From the NCBI GenBank assembly GCA_964016885.1, contig OZ024744.1, positions 100,564,001 through 100,628,000 on the forward strand: a DNA stretch of 64,000 nt, read 5' to 3'. How positions within the stretch are numbered: position 1 is the stretch's first letter; each line of letters starts with the position of its first letter. A program made the translations under genes and the position numbers. This stretch comes from Eledone cirrhosa. Taxonomy: Eukaryota. Positions 1 through 11,370 of this stretch are shown here, one piece after another. The notes below the pieces were generated by a model. It did not search any database, was not told the DNA's origin, and saw nothing but the letters and a program-made list of their open reading frames with translations.

Positions 1-2546
1 AAAGAAGGGGACAAATACAAAGGGGGAAGTTTACATACAATAAAAACGTGTAAAATGTTATCACAGATGGAATTTAAAAGTTAGTCGATTTTCCCCAATA
101 GAGGGAGACAGTTTATATGGGTAACACATACCCCCGAAAAAAAATGTGCAACCCTCATCTCCAGGAGTACGAAGAGCTTGTACTCCTTTCCTCTCCTCCT
201 CCTTTTCCTCAACCTACAGGCTGATATAGAGAGAAGGCCCATTCACTCGGGCCATTCTCGCCACTTTCACCCACCTTTCATAAAACTTGCTGGGGTACAG
301 CACCTCTCTCTCCATCCTGATTCTTCTTCCAAAGTGGTATTTGAAAAAAAGAATCAGTTGTTGGCCGGAGAGAAAGGTGTCTGACCTCAGCCCTTTCAAC
401 CTTGTCCACCATACAACCTCATTCGCCATAGCTATCACACAAAGGAAAACCGCCTCTCCTTCGTTTTTGAAGGAGGGTGGCGGTTTGATCATGACAATGG
501 ACTCGGTGGTCAACTGGATTGGTCCCACCCGCGACAATAGTCGTTCTACATAGCCCCACAGGTCAGTGACGCCCGGGCAGTGTATGAATGCGTGCGCGAC
601 GGTTTCTTCGTCTCGCACGCACCTCGGACAGATCTTTTTTGCAGGGTCCCTGCCCGGGCGCCCATGTCTGTAGAGCTTGTCTCGAACTGGTAGAGCTCCT
701 CGGTAGCACTGCCAGGCCAGGGACTTTTGGAAGTTGTCCATCAGTCCCGGGCGGAAGGTCCTACCGAACTGACTGGCCAGTTCATCTTCCTCTACGCCTA
801 GAGTTTCACCGAGCGCGTCGTCGCACTTGCTGCGGACCAACCCTCTATAGAATGACGAAGTGGAGTCTCCACTGATCGCCGGGTCCGCCTGCCAGAGGGC
901 TGTGAGTGCCTGAGCACATTCGATGTGCCAGTCGCCCATTTTCCTCGTCTCTGCTTGACCCAGGACTGCAGCTCGGTCAGCGAGACGAGTCGTGGGAAGG
1001 CTCGCCTCACGAACGGGGCCCACACCGGTTGTCCGGTGAGGAATACGTAGAGATGCCGCAGCCTGAGCGCGTGTTTGCGCATCGTCAACCACGGCATCCC
1101 CAGCCCTCCGTTAGAAGGGTGTTGGCAGCAGATGGATCTTCTCACCAAAGGAGCCCGCCTCTTCCAAAGGAATTGGAAGAGCGCGCGCTCCATTTTGGCG
1201 AGCGTTTTGGCTGGACACGGCACGACGGTCAAGCGGTAGTAGATGGCGGACGCTATAAAAGTGTTCGCCACCTCCGCTCGACCTTTCAAGGATAGTTTGC
1301 ACTCGGCCCACTTCTGGGTGAGTGCAAACACCTTGGCCGTCACTTCGTTCCAGTTCTTCTCCACCTGGAGGTCCGGACCAAACCAGATCCCGAGCAGCTT
1401 TACCGGTCCTTCCGTCCAGCGTCCGACGACGCCATCGGAAGGCATCGGTCTGCCTCTCCACGATCCGAGTTGCAAACCGATGGACTTGTCTCGATTCAGC
1501 TTCGCTCCTGTGAGACTTTGGTATTCCTTCAGTAAGGTGCCGACTTCCTCGATTTGCGAGGCGCTCGACACCATTACTGTCACGTCGTTGGCGTAGGCTG
1601 ACGCCGCTTTCCGCAGTCCCGGTTCCAGAGGGATGCCCTGCAATAGCTCCAGCTTCTGCAGTAGTGGCTCGAGAGTCAGTACGTACAGAAGGGAGGAGAG
1701 AGGGCATCCCTGTCGAATGGATCGCGTAATATGGAACGGCTCCGAGAGGTAACCGTTCACCTTGACCCTTGAGCAGATGTTGCTGTTGTGCATTGCAGCA
1801 ATCCAGCCCCTGAACACGGGTCCGAAGCCTGCCGCCTCGAGCACCGCATCCAGGTAACGATGGTCAACCCTATCGAAAGCCTTAGACTGATCCAAGTTGA
1901 TCAGGGCCCCACCGAAGCCGGGTTTACACCCTACCCTCTCTATGATGTATCGCATGAGGTGGAGTTGTCGTGTATGGACCCGGTCGGGATTGCGCATGTC
2001 TGCGCTTCTCCCACCAGGTTCTCGACGACAAGCGCCAACCTCTTTGCCAACACCTTGGCCAAAATCTGTAACTCTGTGTTTAGCAGAGTTATGGGCCGGA
2101 AGTTGCCTATGTCATCCCCCTTATTCTCGTCCTTCCTGATTAGTGTGACCACGCCCCCGGTTACAGAACTGGGAATTCTGTTGCCAGTTGCAGTAGACCG
2201 CTTCCAGGAGACCGGAGAATAAGTCCGGCATTGCTACGTAAAATTCGTAGGGTAGACCGTCGAGACCTGGAGATTTGCGTTTGCCGCATTGGCTCAGCGC
2301 GTCCCCTATCTCAGTGGCTGAAATCGGCTTTTCGCAGAACTTCGCCTCGCTGTCCGAGAGTCGCGGTAGGCCGTCGAGGTATGGACCGAAATCCATAGAC
2401 CCTGCCGGCGCGCCGCTCCCCCCGAACAGCCGAGCAAAGTGCCGCTGAAAAGTCGCACACATCTGCTTCGGCTCACGTATCACGCGTCCGTTTTGGTCCT
2501 TCAAAGACCGAATCGTGGACTTGTTGCCACTTTTTGCCTCCGTCAC
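1..2546 (-). mobile_element. Tx1/L1-clade non-LTR retrotransposon, 5'-truncated, ORF2 frameshifted
   Basis: Overlapping minus ORFs 2121-2546, 1940-2152, 798-1997 and 214-~880 give KSPGLDGLPYEFY, NFRPITLLN, LDQSKAFDRVDH, RQGCPLSSLLYVL, YAND (degenerate YADD), GGLG and a CPRC..EETVAHAFIHC zinc knuckle. Much more GC- and CpG-rich than the flanks. The 3' UTR runs off the left edge. Confidence 0.9.
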
Positions 2547-2609
2547 TAGATAGATAGATAGACAGATTTTTTTTTTTTTTTTTTTTTTTTTTAGATAGAT
2601 AGATAGATA
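2547..2609. repeat. (GATA)n microsatellite interrupted by a T26 tract
   Basis: tagatagatagatagacaga, then T 2567-2592, then agatagatagatagata. Confidence 0.9.
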
Positions 2610-2955
2610 TACAAAGGTGGACTGAAAAGTTCATAAGCTGACTAAGAAAGAATGATGGTAGAGCTGTGAAATGTTGCATCCATTAATTTCAACTCTTCTT
2701 ATTAATAACTGCATTGTTTCTTTCCAGGGGCTATGTTGAAAAATAAACCCCCATTTGGTCATTCCATGAGAGTATATTGGTAAGCCAATGAAGGAATGAT
2801 GCTAGAGCTTTGAAATCTTGCATGCATTAATTTCAACTCTTCTTATTAATAACTGTATTGTTCCTTTCAAGAGACAATATTGAAAAATAAACCTCATTTG
2901 GTCATTCCATGAGAGTATCTTGGTCAGCCTATGAACTTCTCAGCTGACCCTCGTA
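2610..2955. mobile_element. mariner-type MITE
   Basis: TIR-like ends tacaaaggtggactgaaaagttcata and tatgaacttctcagctgaccctcgta with TA at both ends. Internal ~150-bp duplication. Second copy at 4341-4757. Confidence 0.7.
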
Positions 2956-2979
2956 TATATAAATATATAAAAATATATA

Positions 2980-3597
2980 TCATCATTTTACATCCGCTTT
3001 TCCCTGCGTGCAAGGGTGGGATGGGTCCTATTCAGCACAGCATCTCTCCATCTGTCACAGTCCTTCGTCATCTCCTCTGTGAGCTTCAGCGATCTGAGGT
3101 CTGCTCTCACCACCACCGCCCATGTTTTTCGTGGTCTTCCTCTACTGCGTCTTCCTTCTACTAGGATTTCTTGGCACTTCTTTACCCAGTGGTCATCCTC
3201 CATGTGTATCACATGTCATACCATCGCAGTCTTCTCTCCCACACACTACAACTTATCCCTCTTTTACACATCCAACGGAGCATGCTTGCTTCATTTCTCT
3301 CCAGCCATCACATATCCTCTGCAGTTGCTGCCCATGTCTCACTACCATGCATCATCGTGCATCTCACACAGCCATCATATAACCGGCCTTTCATATGCAG
3401 GGAGAAACCCTTCTTCGTCAACAGAGGAAGCAGCTCCCTAAACTTCTTCCAACCCGTCCTTATTCTAGATACTATGGCCTCGGAACGCCCCCCCCCCCTC
3501 TTCCATGCTAATCTGATCACCTAGGTACCGGAAGCTATCAACCACTTCTATAGAACCTACCTGCTTTTGAAAAATGTGTCTATCACTGCGACTCCTA
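2980..3597 (-). mobile_element. RTE LINE 3' fragment
   Basis: RIRTGWKKFRELLPLL, HGSETWA and GRRSRGRPRKTW motifs. (GAT)n tail. Same family as 25262-28340. Confidence 0.85.
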
Positions 3598-3700
3598 TAT
3601 ATATTAAAGTGTTAAACGATATTCAATGATTATGTTAAAGAATGAGTTTTACAGTAGATTGGAAGCACTCAACGGTAAAAATAATTTTCTGGAGTTATTA

Positions 3701-3924
3701 ATATTAAAATATAAGTATTAATAAAATAGATGTTCTTTTGATCAATTACATTTTATTATACATATTTCGGATTGATTAAATCTTAACCATTTAACATCTC
3801 AGGGTATGTCATGTTTCATTATATTTTGTCTGATGAGGACGTACTGTTGTACATCCGAAATATGTATAATAAAATGTAATTGATCAAAAGAACATCTATT
3901 TTATTAATACTTATATTTTAATAT
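3701..3924. mobile_element. Penelope-like pLTR remnant with perfect 72-bp inverted repeat
   Basis: 3701-3772 is the exact reverse complement of 3853-3924, and the right arm overlaps a hammerhead motif. Confidence 0.65.
3818..3880 (+). ncRNA. Minimal type I hammerhead ribozyme
   Basis: Stem I attatattttgt / ataaaatgtaat (12 bp with two G-U). Core CTGATGA 3830-3836. Stem II ggacgtac-tgtt-gtacatcc. GAAA 3857-3860. Short near-palindromic stem III and AUA cleavage triplet ending at 3868. Confidence 0.7.
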
Positions 3925-3994
3925 ATATATATATATATACACACATATATATATATATTAATTAAAAATATTAACAAATATAGACATTCGTGTG

Positions 3995-4100
3995 ATCAAG
4001 TATATTTCAGAGGTACTGAGCTATTTTCAACAGTACGTCCTCATCAGATAAAATAAGATGATGCTTGACATACCTTGACTATGTTGATGGTTAAAATTCA
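3995..4100 (-). ncRNA. Degenerate hammerhead / second pLTR copy
   Basis: Minus strand reads ttttatCTGATGAggacgtactgttgaaaatagctcagtacctctGAAAtatacttgatc. Homologous to 3785-3885, but the 3' strand of stem I is missing. Confidence 0.5.
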
Positions 4101-4340
4101 GTCATGGCAATAAAATTCAGCATATATATATATAGGTAGGGAAAACTATGTATGCAGTAGATGTATAGGGAAATTTGACATTAGGCGGGTGAAAGCAGCG
4201 ATTCTTTGCTTAAACTTTAATCTGTTATTTTAATAAATATTTGCTCCACGGTTTTTATATATATTTATATATATATATATTCTTATCGAGCCCTCTTCGG
4301 ATTTTAGTATTCACATTTATTATTACTATATATATATATA

Positions 4341-4757
4341 TACATGGGTGGGCTGAAAAGTTCATAGGCTGATTATGAAAGTGATGCTAGAGCTGTGAAA
4401 TCTTACATACATTAATTACAACTCTTCTTATTAATACTTACACATTGTTTCTTTCAAGGGACTATGTTGAAAAATAAACCTCACTTGGTCATTCCTGATA
4501 TCAATTGTTATGTTGCTATTTTTTTAGGGACCAGACATGGTTTGATAGGGATGTGCCTGTTCTTTTGTTTGGGTGTTTTAACATATGGGTATGTTTTCAA
4601 TATCATTGTTTCCACTGCTGATTAAGTCACCTCAGTAACAGAAGCTATCAACTACTTCTATGGACCCTTTTTATGACTATGTCGGAAAATAAACCTCATT
4701 TGGTCATTCTATGAGAGTATCTCGGTCAATCTATGAACTTTTCAGCCTATCCTCATA
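4341..4757. mobile_element. mariner-type MITE (same family as 2610-2955)
   Basis: TIRs tacatgggtgggctgaaaagttcatagg and ctatgaacttttcagcctatcctcata. Internal sequence is shared with the first copy. Confidence 0.7.
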
Positions 4758-4798
4758 ATCTAAATAAACAAGTTCAAATTAAAGTATTTTCAACGTAC

Positions 4799-4890
4799 CC
4801 GAGTAAAATAGCTGGTGTATTTTCTTTTGTTTGCATACAAATCCCTATGATTTCATCTTCAAATCCGTACTTTCTTAAAATGTTAGCAAT
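4799..4890 (-). CDS. AASDH: AASDH-like (ACSF4, beta-alanine-activating enzyme) coding exon 2
   Basis: ttttcttacAG acceptor, 92 nt encoding IANILRKYGFEDEIIGICMQTKENTPAILLG, GTacgt donor. In frame with the phase-0 exon at 14797. Resembles the human AASDH segment LSNFL..REIGLYC..LPSWILG. Not in the ORF track. Confidence 0.8.
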
Positions 4891-4929
4891 CTGTAAGAAA
4901 ATTATTAAGACATGTTAAATAAACTATTA

Positions 4930-5270
4930 AGAAACAACAGCCACCATTTTAGGGCCATCTTCCCCGCTAAAACAAGAGAGCTTTGTGGGGATCCATAGTA
5001 AGTTTTTCTGTTTTGCGCAATTGTCTGAATTCTCCTTCTCCAACCCACTAGCTTTCATTTCCACCTCCACTATCTTAAGCAATGTCTTTCTTGGTTTTCC
5101 CCTTCCTCTACTTTCTTTTACATTCATTCCTCTCACCCAGTCATTTTCATCCTTCCTCAACACATAAGCCAAACATCTCGTTCTATTTTTCTTTACAACA
5201 TTAATCACTAGCTCTATTCCCATCACTCCTCTCACCCAGTCACATCCATCCTTTATCATCCTCTGCATAT
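4930..5270 (-). mobile_element. Degraded RTE-like LINE 3' end
   Basis: YVLRKDENDWVR and RGRGKPRKT motifs. Confidence 0.6.
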
Positions 5271-5360
5271 AATAAACTATATTAAAATAACAGTTTTGTA
5301 GCTTGCTTGAAGTATTGTTGAATATGAAACATAAATTTAAATAATTTTGAAAACCAAAAC

Positions 5361-5707
5361 AATGCGTTAGGAAGAATGTTAAACTGCCAAGATAACAAAA
5401 AGATCTTACCTAGCAAGTTTAACGATCTCAAATATTTTCAGGTTTAAAAACCCATTATCAAGGGAGTAAACCTATGAGACACTTAAAAAATCGATCGGAT
5501 TGCCTTGCTTGTTAGGAGAGCAGATTTAAGTTAAATGAAATGAAAGAACGTTTAAATTTTGAACACATGATTTTTTAAGTCTCTCATAGGGTTACTCCTA
5601 CTCCCTTGGTAAAGGGTTTTTAAACCTGAAAATATTTGGGATCGTTAGATTTGCTAAGGTAAGATTATTTTGTTATCTTGGCAGTTTAACAGTCTTCATA
5701 TGCATTG
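5361..5707. mobile_element. Foldback MITE with ~130-bp inverted arms
   Basis: 5361-5492 is approximately the reverse complement of 5569-5707, e.g. tgttaaactgccaagataacaaaa / ttttgttatcttggcagtttaaca. Confidence 0.7.
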
Positions 5708-5905
5708 TGTTCATCATCATCATCATCATCATCATTTTACGTCCGCTTTTCCCTGCTTGCAAGGGTGGGACGGGTCTTATTCAGCACAGCATCTCTCCAC
5801 TCGTCACGGTCCCTCGTCATCTCCACCGTGAGCTTCAATGATCTGAGGTCTGTTCTCACCACCTCCGCCCATGTTTTTCGTGGTCTTCAAAATTTTGCTG
5901 GTCTT

Positions 5906-6473
5906 CAAAATTATTTAAATATGTGTTTCCTCAAAATTATTTAAATATGTGTTTCCTCAAAATTATTTAAATATGTGTTTCCTCAAAATTATTTAAATAT
6001 GTGTTTCCTCAAAATTATTTAAATATCTGTTTCCTCAAAATTATTTAAATATCTGTTTCCTCAAAATTATTTAAATATCTGTTTCCTCAAAATTATTTAA
6101 ATATCTGTTTCCTCAAAATTATTTAAATATGTGTTTCCTCAAAATTATTTAAATATCTGTTTCCTCAAAATTATTTAAATATCTGTTTCCTCAAAATTAT
6201 TTAAATATGTGTTTCCTCAAAATTATTTAAATATGTTTCCTCAAAATTATTTAAATATGTGTTTCCTCAAAATTATTTAAATATGTTTCCTCAAAATTAT
6301 TTAAATATGTGTTTCCTCAAAATTATTTAAATATGTGTTTCCTCAAAATTATTTAAATATGTGTTTCCTCAAAATTATTTAAATATCTGTTTCCTCAAAA
6401 TTATTTAAATATCTGTTTCCTCAAAATTATTTAAATATGTGTTTCCTCAAAATTATTTAAATATCTGTTTCCT
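5906..6473. repeat. 26-bp minisatellite, ~22 copies
   Basis: Unit caaaattatttaaatat(g/c)tgtttcct. Confidence 0.95.
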
Positions 6474-6489
6474 ATTTTAAAAGATCTGA

Positions 6490-7210
6490 ATAATTGTTTC
6501 TACATTTGGAACAAGGTCAGCAATTTGAAAGGAAGGGAAAAGTCAATTGAATTGACCCCAGATCATTACTGGTGTTTTATTGACTCCCATAACGATGAAA
6601 AGCAAAGCTAACCTCTGCAGGATTTGAACTCAGAACGTAAAGAGAGGTAACTACATGCCGCAAATAATGTTGTTCGACACTCTATTGATACTGCTAAACC
6701 ACCGGCTTAAATAATAATGGTTTCTTATTTAGGCACAAGGCCAGCAATTTTGGGGGGAGGGAAAGTCGATTACTGGAAAGCATTACTGGTGCATATTTTA
6801 TTGACCCCCGTAAGGATGAAAAGCAAAGCTAACCACTGTCAACAATAATTGTTTATATGTTTGGCACAAGGCCAGCAATTATTCCAGTACATTACTGGTA
6901 CTTTATTTTATCGAACCCGTAAGGATGAAAGGCAAAGTTAACCTTGGCAGGATTTGAACTCATATCGTAAAGGGGCAATAATAATTGTTTCTACTTTAGG
7001 CACAAGGCCAGCAATTATCCCAGTACATTACTGGTACTTTATTTTATCGAACCCGTAAGGATGAAAGGCAAAGTTAACCTTGGCAGGATTTGAACTCATA
7101 TCGTAAAGGGGCAATAATAATTGTTTCTACTTTAGGCACAAGGCCAGCAATTACCCAGTGGATTACTGGTACTTCTATTTTATCGACCCCGTAAGGATGA
7201 AAGGCAAAAT
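6490..7210 (-). mobile_element. Cluster of tRNA-derived SINE copies and fragments
   Basis: Repeated ggcacaaggccagcaatt..cattactggtactttattttatcgaccccgtaaggatgaaaggcaaagttaacct..ggatttgaactc. On the reverse strand this gives a B box GAGTTCAAATCC. Confidence 0.85.
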
Positions 7211-7278
7211 CATGCAGGAAGTATATCCAATAGTAGTTAGAAGCTACATCTACCTGTCGACTCCATAATATCACTGTT

Positions 7279-7914
7279 ACTGACATTACTAATGATAACA
7301 ACTAATGTCTAAAAAGTCTCAAGTCAGTTATTTGTTGTCACAGTTACAGCTACTCTCGGGTCCCAAATAATAGGGGTGGGGATAACTGACATTACGAATG
7401 ATAACAACTAATGTCTAAAAAGTCTCAAGTCAGTTATTTGTTGTCACAGTTACAGCTACTCTCGGGTCCCAAATAATAGGGGTGGGGATAACTGACATTA
7501 CGAATGATAACAACTAATGTCTAAAAAGTCTCAAGTCAGTTATTTGTTGTCACAGTTACAGCTACTCTCGGGTCCCAAATAATAGGGGTGGGGATAACTG
7601 ACATTACGAATGATAACAACTAATGTCTAAAAAGTCTCAAGTCAGTTATTTGTTGTCACAGTTACAGCTACTCTCGGGTCCTAAATAATAGGGGTGGGGA
7701 TAACTGACATTACGAATGATAACAACTAATGTCTAAAAAGTCTCAAGTCAGTTATTTGTTGTCACAGTTACAGCTACTCTCGGGTCCCAAATAATAGGGG
7801 TGGGGATAACTGACATTACTAATGATAACAACTAATATCTAAAAAGTCTCAAGTCAGTTATTTCTTGTCACAGTTACAGCTACTCTCGGGTCCCAAATAA
7901 TAGGGGTGGGGATA
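7279..7914. repeat. 106-bp tandem repeat, 6 copies
   Basis: Units start at 7279, 7385, 7491, 7597, 7703 and 7809 and are nearly identical. Confidence 0.95.
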
Positions 7915-8107
7915 AGCGAGGGTGGGGGATAAGCAGGGGAGGGGGAGAGGAATAAGTGGGGTGGTCGTTTTTTTTTTAAAGTTGTCTCCGTTGATTTAAA
8001 AAAAAAAACAGAATTAGTCATTTAGTTTACATATTCAGACCCCCAACCCATCCTATTTATTTTATAACGTATGGGATTTGTAGTAATGTACTTTTTTTTT
8101 GTAGTGA

Positions 8108-8425
8108 AGGTGCATGGCTTAGTGGTTAGAGTATCAGGCATACAATCGTGAGGTTGTGAGTTTGATTCTCGGACCAGGTGATGAGTGTGTCCTTAAGCAA
8201 GACATTTTATTTCACATTGCTCCAGTTTACTCGGCTGTAGAAATGAGTTACAACGTCACAGATGCCAAGTTGTATCGGTCATTACCTTTCCCTTGGACAA
8301 CATCGGTGGTGTGGAGAGGGGAGACTGGTATGTATGGGTGACTACTGGTCTTCCACAAACAATCTTCCCTGGACTTGTACCTCGGAGGGGAATTTTCTAG
8401 GTGCAAATCCCATGACTGAAGGAGG
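8108..8425 (+). mobile_element. tRNA-derived SINE, second family
   Basis: A box tggcttagtggttaga, B-box-like gagtttgattc, conserved gtgtccttaagcaagaca..tttcacattgctccag. Related copies at 9609-9900 and 38220-38340 (minus). Confidence 0.7.
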
Positions 8426-9189
8426 GCGGTCTTTTCTTTTACTTTTTTTGTTATGTATAATGTTTTTTAATTAATAAAGAAAATTAATTGTTGCAGGAAT
8501 ATTACAATTTAAAATAAAATTTCACCAGAGATTAACAAAATTTAATAAGTAGTGGGGATCTGAAAAATTAATAAGTGTGTGTGTGTGGGGGGGGGGGTTA
8601 TTCAAGACCTGGGAGAATGTTCTGGAATTCTGGTCTTATTTTTGGAGTTTATACATTTTTAGTATGGCTGTGAATTGGAGGAGTCGTTAAAACATTGGAT
8701 TAAAAGTGCCACAGTATTCACTCCAGCACCAACACTAAAGAAGTTATGTCTTTGATACAGCTGAAGACTCCTCATGACCCTTTGTTACGCATGTTTTCTA
8801 TAGCTAGATACCTTTCCTATCACCAACCACTTTACAGAATGTACAGGGTACATTTTATCATGACACCAGCATTAGGGAGGTTGCCATGTCTTTAACACAG
8901 CTGAAGAATCTTCCTAACACTTTGTTTGGCAAGTTTTCTATAGTTGGATACCCTTCCTATCACCTATCCCTCAAGAGAATGTACTAGGTACATTTTATCC
9001 TGATACCAGCACTAAGAAGGATGTTATGACTTCGACACAACTGAAGAAGCTTCCTGACACTTTGGTAGGTTTTCTATGGCTGGATGTCAAATATTCTACA
9101 GGGTGTACTGGATACATTATATAAAGACATGACTGACAACTAGAAGGTTGTCATGTCTTTGATTCAGCTTTGTTCCATCTCCTAAATAT

Positions 9190-9560
9190 GTTAGCATTTT
9201 TTCCAACATGCTGATGCGTGCATCACTTTATTATTACGGGATCGATGAAATAAAAGTACCAGTAATGTACTGGGATAATTACTGGCCTTGTGCCAAGAGT
9301 AGAAACAATTATTATAAACGTGCAAACTCAGACACACTTACAAAAGTAAGTTGCTCAAATCTATATATAGATTGTACACGCAAGTGTAGTGAATATTAGA
9401 CGCTGTTTTCTGTAGTTTGTCATCACCCCTTCCTTCTTCAGTCATCTCTAGTGTGTGATGTTATCACCCCTTCCTTCTTCAGTCATCTCTAGTATGTGAT
9501 GTCATCACCCCTTCCTTCCTTAGTCATCTCTAGTGTGATGGACGGACGGAAGTTGCTCAA

Positions 9561-9600
<40 letters not shown>
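9190..9600 (-). mobile_element. Probable non-autonomous Helitron-like element
   Basis: Shares sequence with 59510-59682 and ~32630-32685. The 59.5-kb copy begins TCTATATATAAATTTGAGCAAC on the minus strand and ends near CTAG. This copy has internal ~40-bp repeats and a SINE insertion. Confidence 0.45.
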
Positions 9601-9606
<6 letters not shown>

Positions 9607-9962
9607 TTAAGTGGTTAGTGTGTTTGGCTTGCAACCTTACAGTTATGAGTTCAATTTCTGGCAGTGTGTTGGTGTCCTTGAGCAAGATACTTTATTTCAC
9701 GTTGCTCCAGTTTACTCAGCTGTCGTAAGTTGTATCCTGTAATTCAAATGGCCAGCCTTGTTACACACTTTGCCATGCTGAATCTCCCTGAGAACTATGT
9801 TAAGGGTAAACATTTATATGGAATGTTCAGCCACTTGCAATTAATTTCATGAGCAGACTATTCCATTGTTCCAGTAAGTGGAGCACTCATCTGAACTGAC
9901 TGTGGTTCAATGCTGTTGATACACACTTCTGTGTCACAGGAGAATTGTATGGTAGATCAAAG

Positions 9963-10192
9963 GGTTCTAGGAAAATTCCCAGTAGGAATATTGCCAGTGC
10001 GGAATATTGCCATTGACAAATTAAAAGACACACACACACACATTCCAAAGCACTGTCAGATAAATAGATTCAAAATCTTAAGTAAAACCTAAAGCACTGG
10101 CAATATTCCTCACTGGCAATTTTCCCCACGGGCAATTTTCCGCTTGGCAATCTTCTGTCTAGCAATTATCCAACTGGGAATTTTCCGTGCAT
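9963..10192. mobile_element. MULE-like MITE with 9-bp TSD
   Basis: Flanked by agatcaaag (9954-9962) and ggatcaaag (10193-10201). TIRs ggaaaattcccagtagga / tccaactgggaattttcc. Subterminal ~15-bp repeats. Confidence 0.6.
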
Positions 10193-10389
10193 GGATCAAA
10201 GATAAGTTGAGCTTGGTCTACATTGCTGGTTCATGTCATGTCTGTAAGGGAAGGAGGGAAGGGGGAAGAAGGGATTGACAAAAGAGATGAAGAAGGATGG
10301 TCCACTGGAGAAGCAAGGTCAAAGAGTAGTGGATAGAGAGAAGGGGCAGCTAGCAGTGGCAGAGGTGAAGTGAGAAGGTGGAGATGTGG

Positions 10390-10980
10390 TGATAGCGATG
10401 TGATGAGGATGTAGTGATAGTGATGTGATGGTGGTATGGATGGGATGGTGGTATGGTGGTGGTGGTAGGGATGTGATGGTGGTAGGGATGTAATGGTGGT
10501 AGAGATGTGATGGTGGTGGTGGTGGTAGGGATGTGATGGTGGTAGGGATGTGATGGTGCTGGTAGGGATGTGATGGTGTGGTGGTAGGGATGTGATGGTG
10601 GTGTGGATGTGATGGTGGTAGGGATGGGATGGTGGTATGGTGGTGGTGGTGGTAGGGATGTGATGGTGGTAGGGATGTAATGGTGGTAGAGATGTGATGG
10701 TGCTGGTAGGGATGTGATGGTGTGGTGGTAGGGATGTGATGGTGGTGTGGATGTGATGGTGGTGGTGGTAGGGATGTGATGGTGGTAGGGATGGGATGGT
10801 GGTATGGTGGTGGTGGTGGTGGTGGTAGTGGTAGGGATGTGATGGTGGTAGGGATGTAATGGTGGTAGAGATGTGATGGTGCTGGTAGGGATGTGATGGT
10901 GGAGGTGGTGGTAGGGATGTGATGGTGGTATGGATGTGATGGTGGTAGTGATGTGATGATGGTAGTGATGTGGTTGGGGT
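10390..10980. repeat. GT-rich low-complexity minisatellite (tggtggtagggatgtga)n
   Basis: Direct reading. Explains the His/Pro/Thr ORFs 10231-11007 and 10350-11009. Confidence 0.9.
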
Positions 10981-11138
10981 TGAAGGAATGTGATGCCAGT
11001 AGGCCACACGAGTGTTGTTAATGAGAAAATTAAGTTTTGTGAAATTTATTCACTGTAATACAAGTGGTAAATCTGATAAAAACTCATCCCAAAACCCTGA
11101 AAGTCTGTTCTAAGTTCTGTAAGGATCATCATCATCAT

Positions 11139-11370
11139 TTAACCCTTTAATGTTCAAACCGGCCAAAATTCTCTACCTCTTTCTGTTGAAACTGGCTGTA
11201 ACTGGTCGCTCAAACTGATGTTAAGGTATTGTTCTCAAAATAAATACTTTCAAAATCTCATAGATTCAATATTATGTGAGATAAAGCCTTTACCAGACAA
11301 AGCCTTTACCAGATAAAGCCTTTACTAATATAATAGTAAATAGAGAGTAATGTGAATACTAAAGGGTTAA
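11139..11370 (+). mobile_element. piggyBac-derived MITE (TTAA-flanked)
   Basis: TTAA-cccttt ... aaaggg-TTAA. Other copies at 18606-18800, ~21535-21725, 30794-31008, 35714-35929, 38580-38795, 40922-41125, 41294-41507, 43622-43840 and 47966-48155. Confidence 0.8.

Noticed and set aside
178-2222. Plus-strand and alternative-frame ORFs over the Tx1 element
   Set aside because: Shadow ORFs of a GC-rich retrotransposon. The same applies to plus-strand ORFs over the minus RTE copies.
5906-7914. Tandem arrays as CRISPR-like arrays
   Set aside because: The units are contiguous with no unique spacers, the context is eukaryotic, and there are no cas genes.
10231-11009. Long His/Pro/Thr-rich ORFs
   Set aside because: They are translations of a GT-rich minisatellite, open in several frames because the repeat lacks stops.
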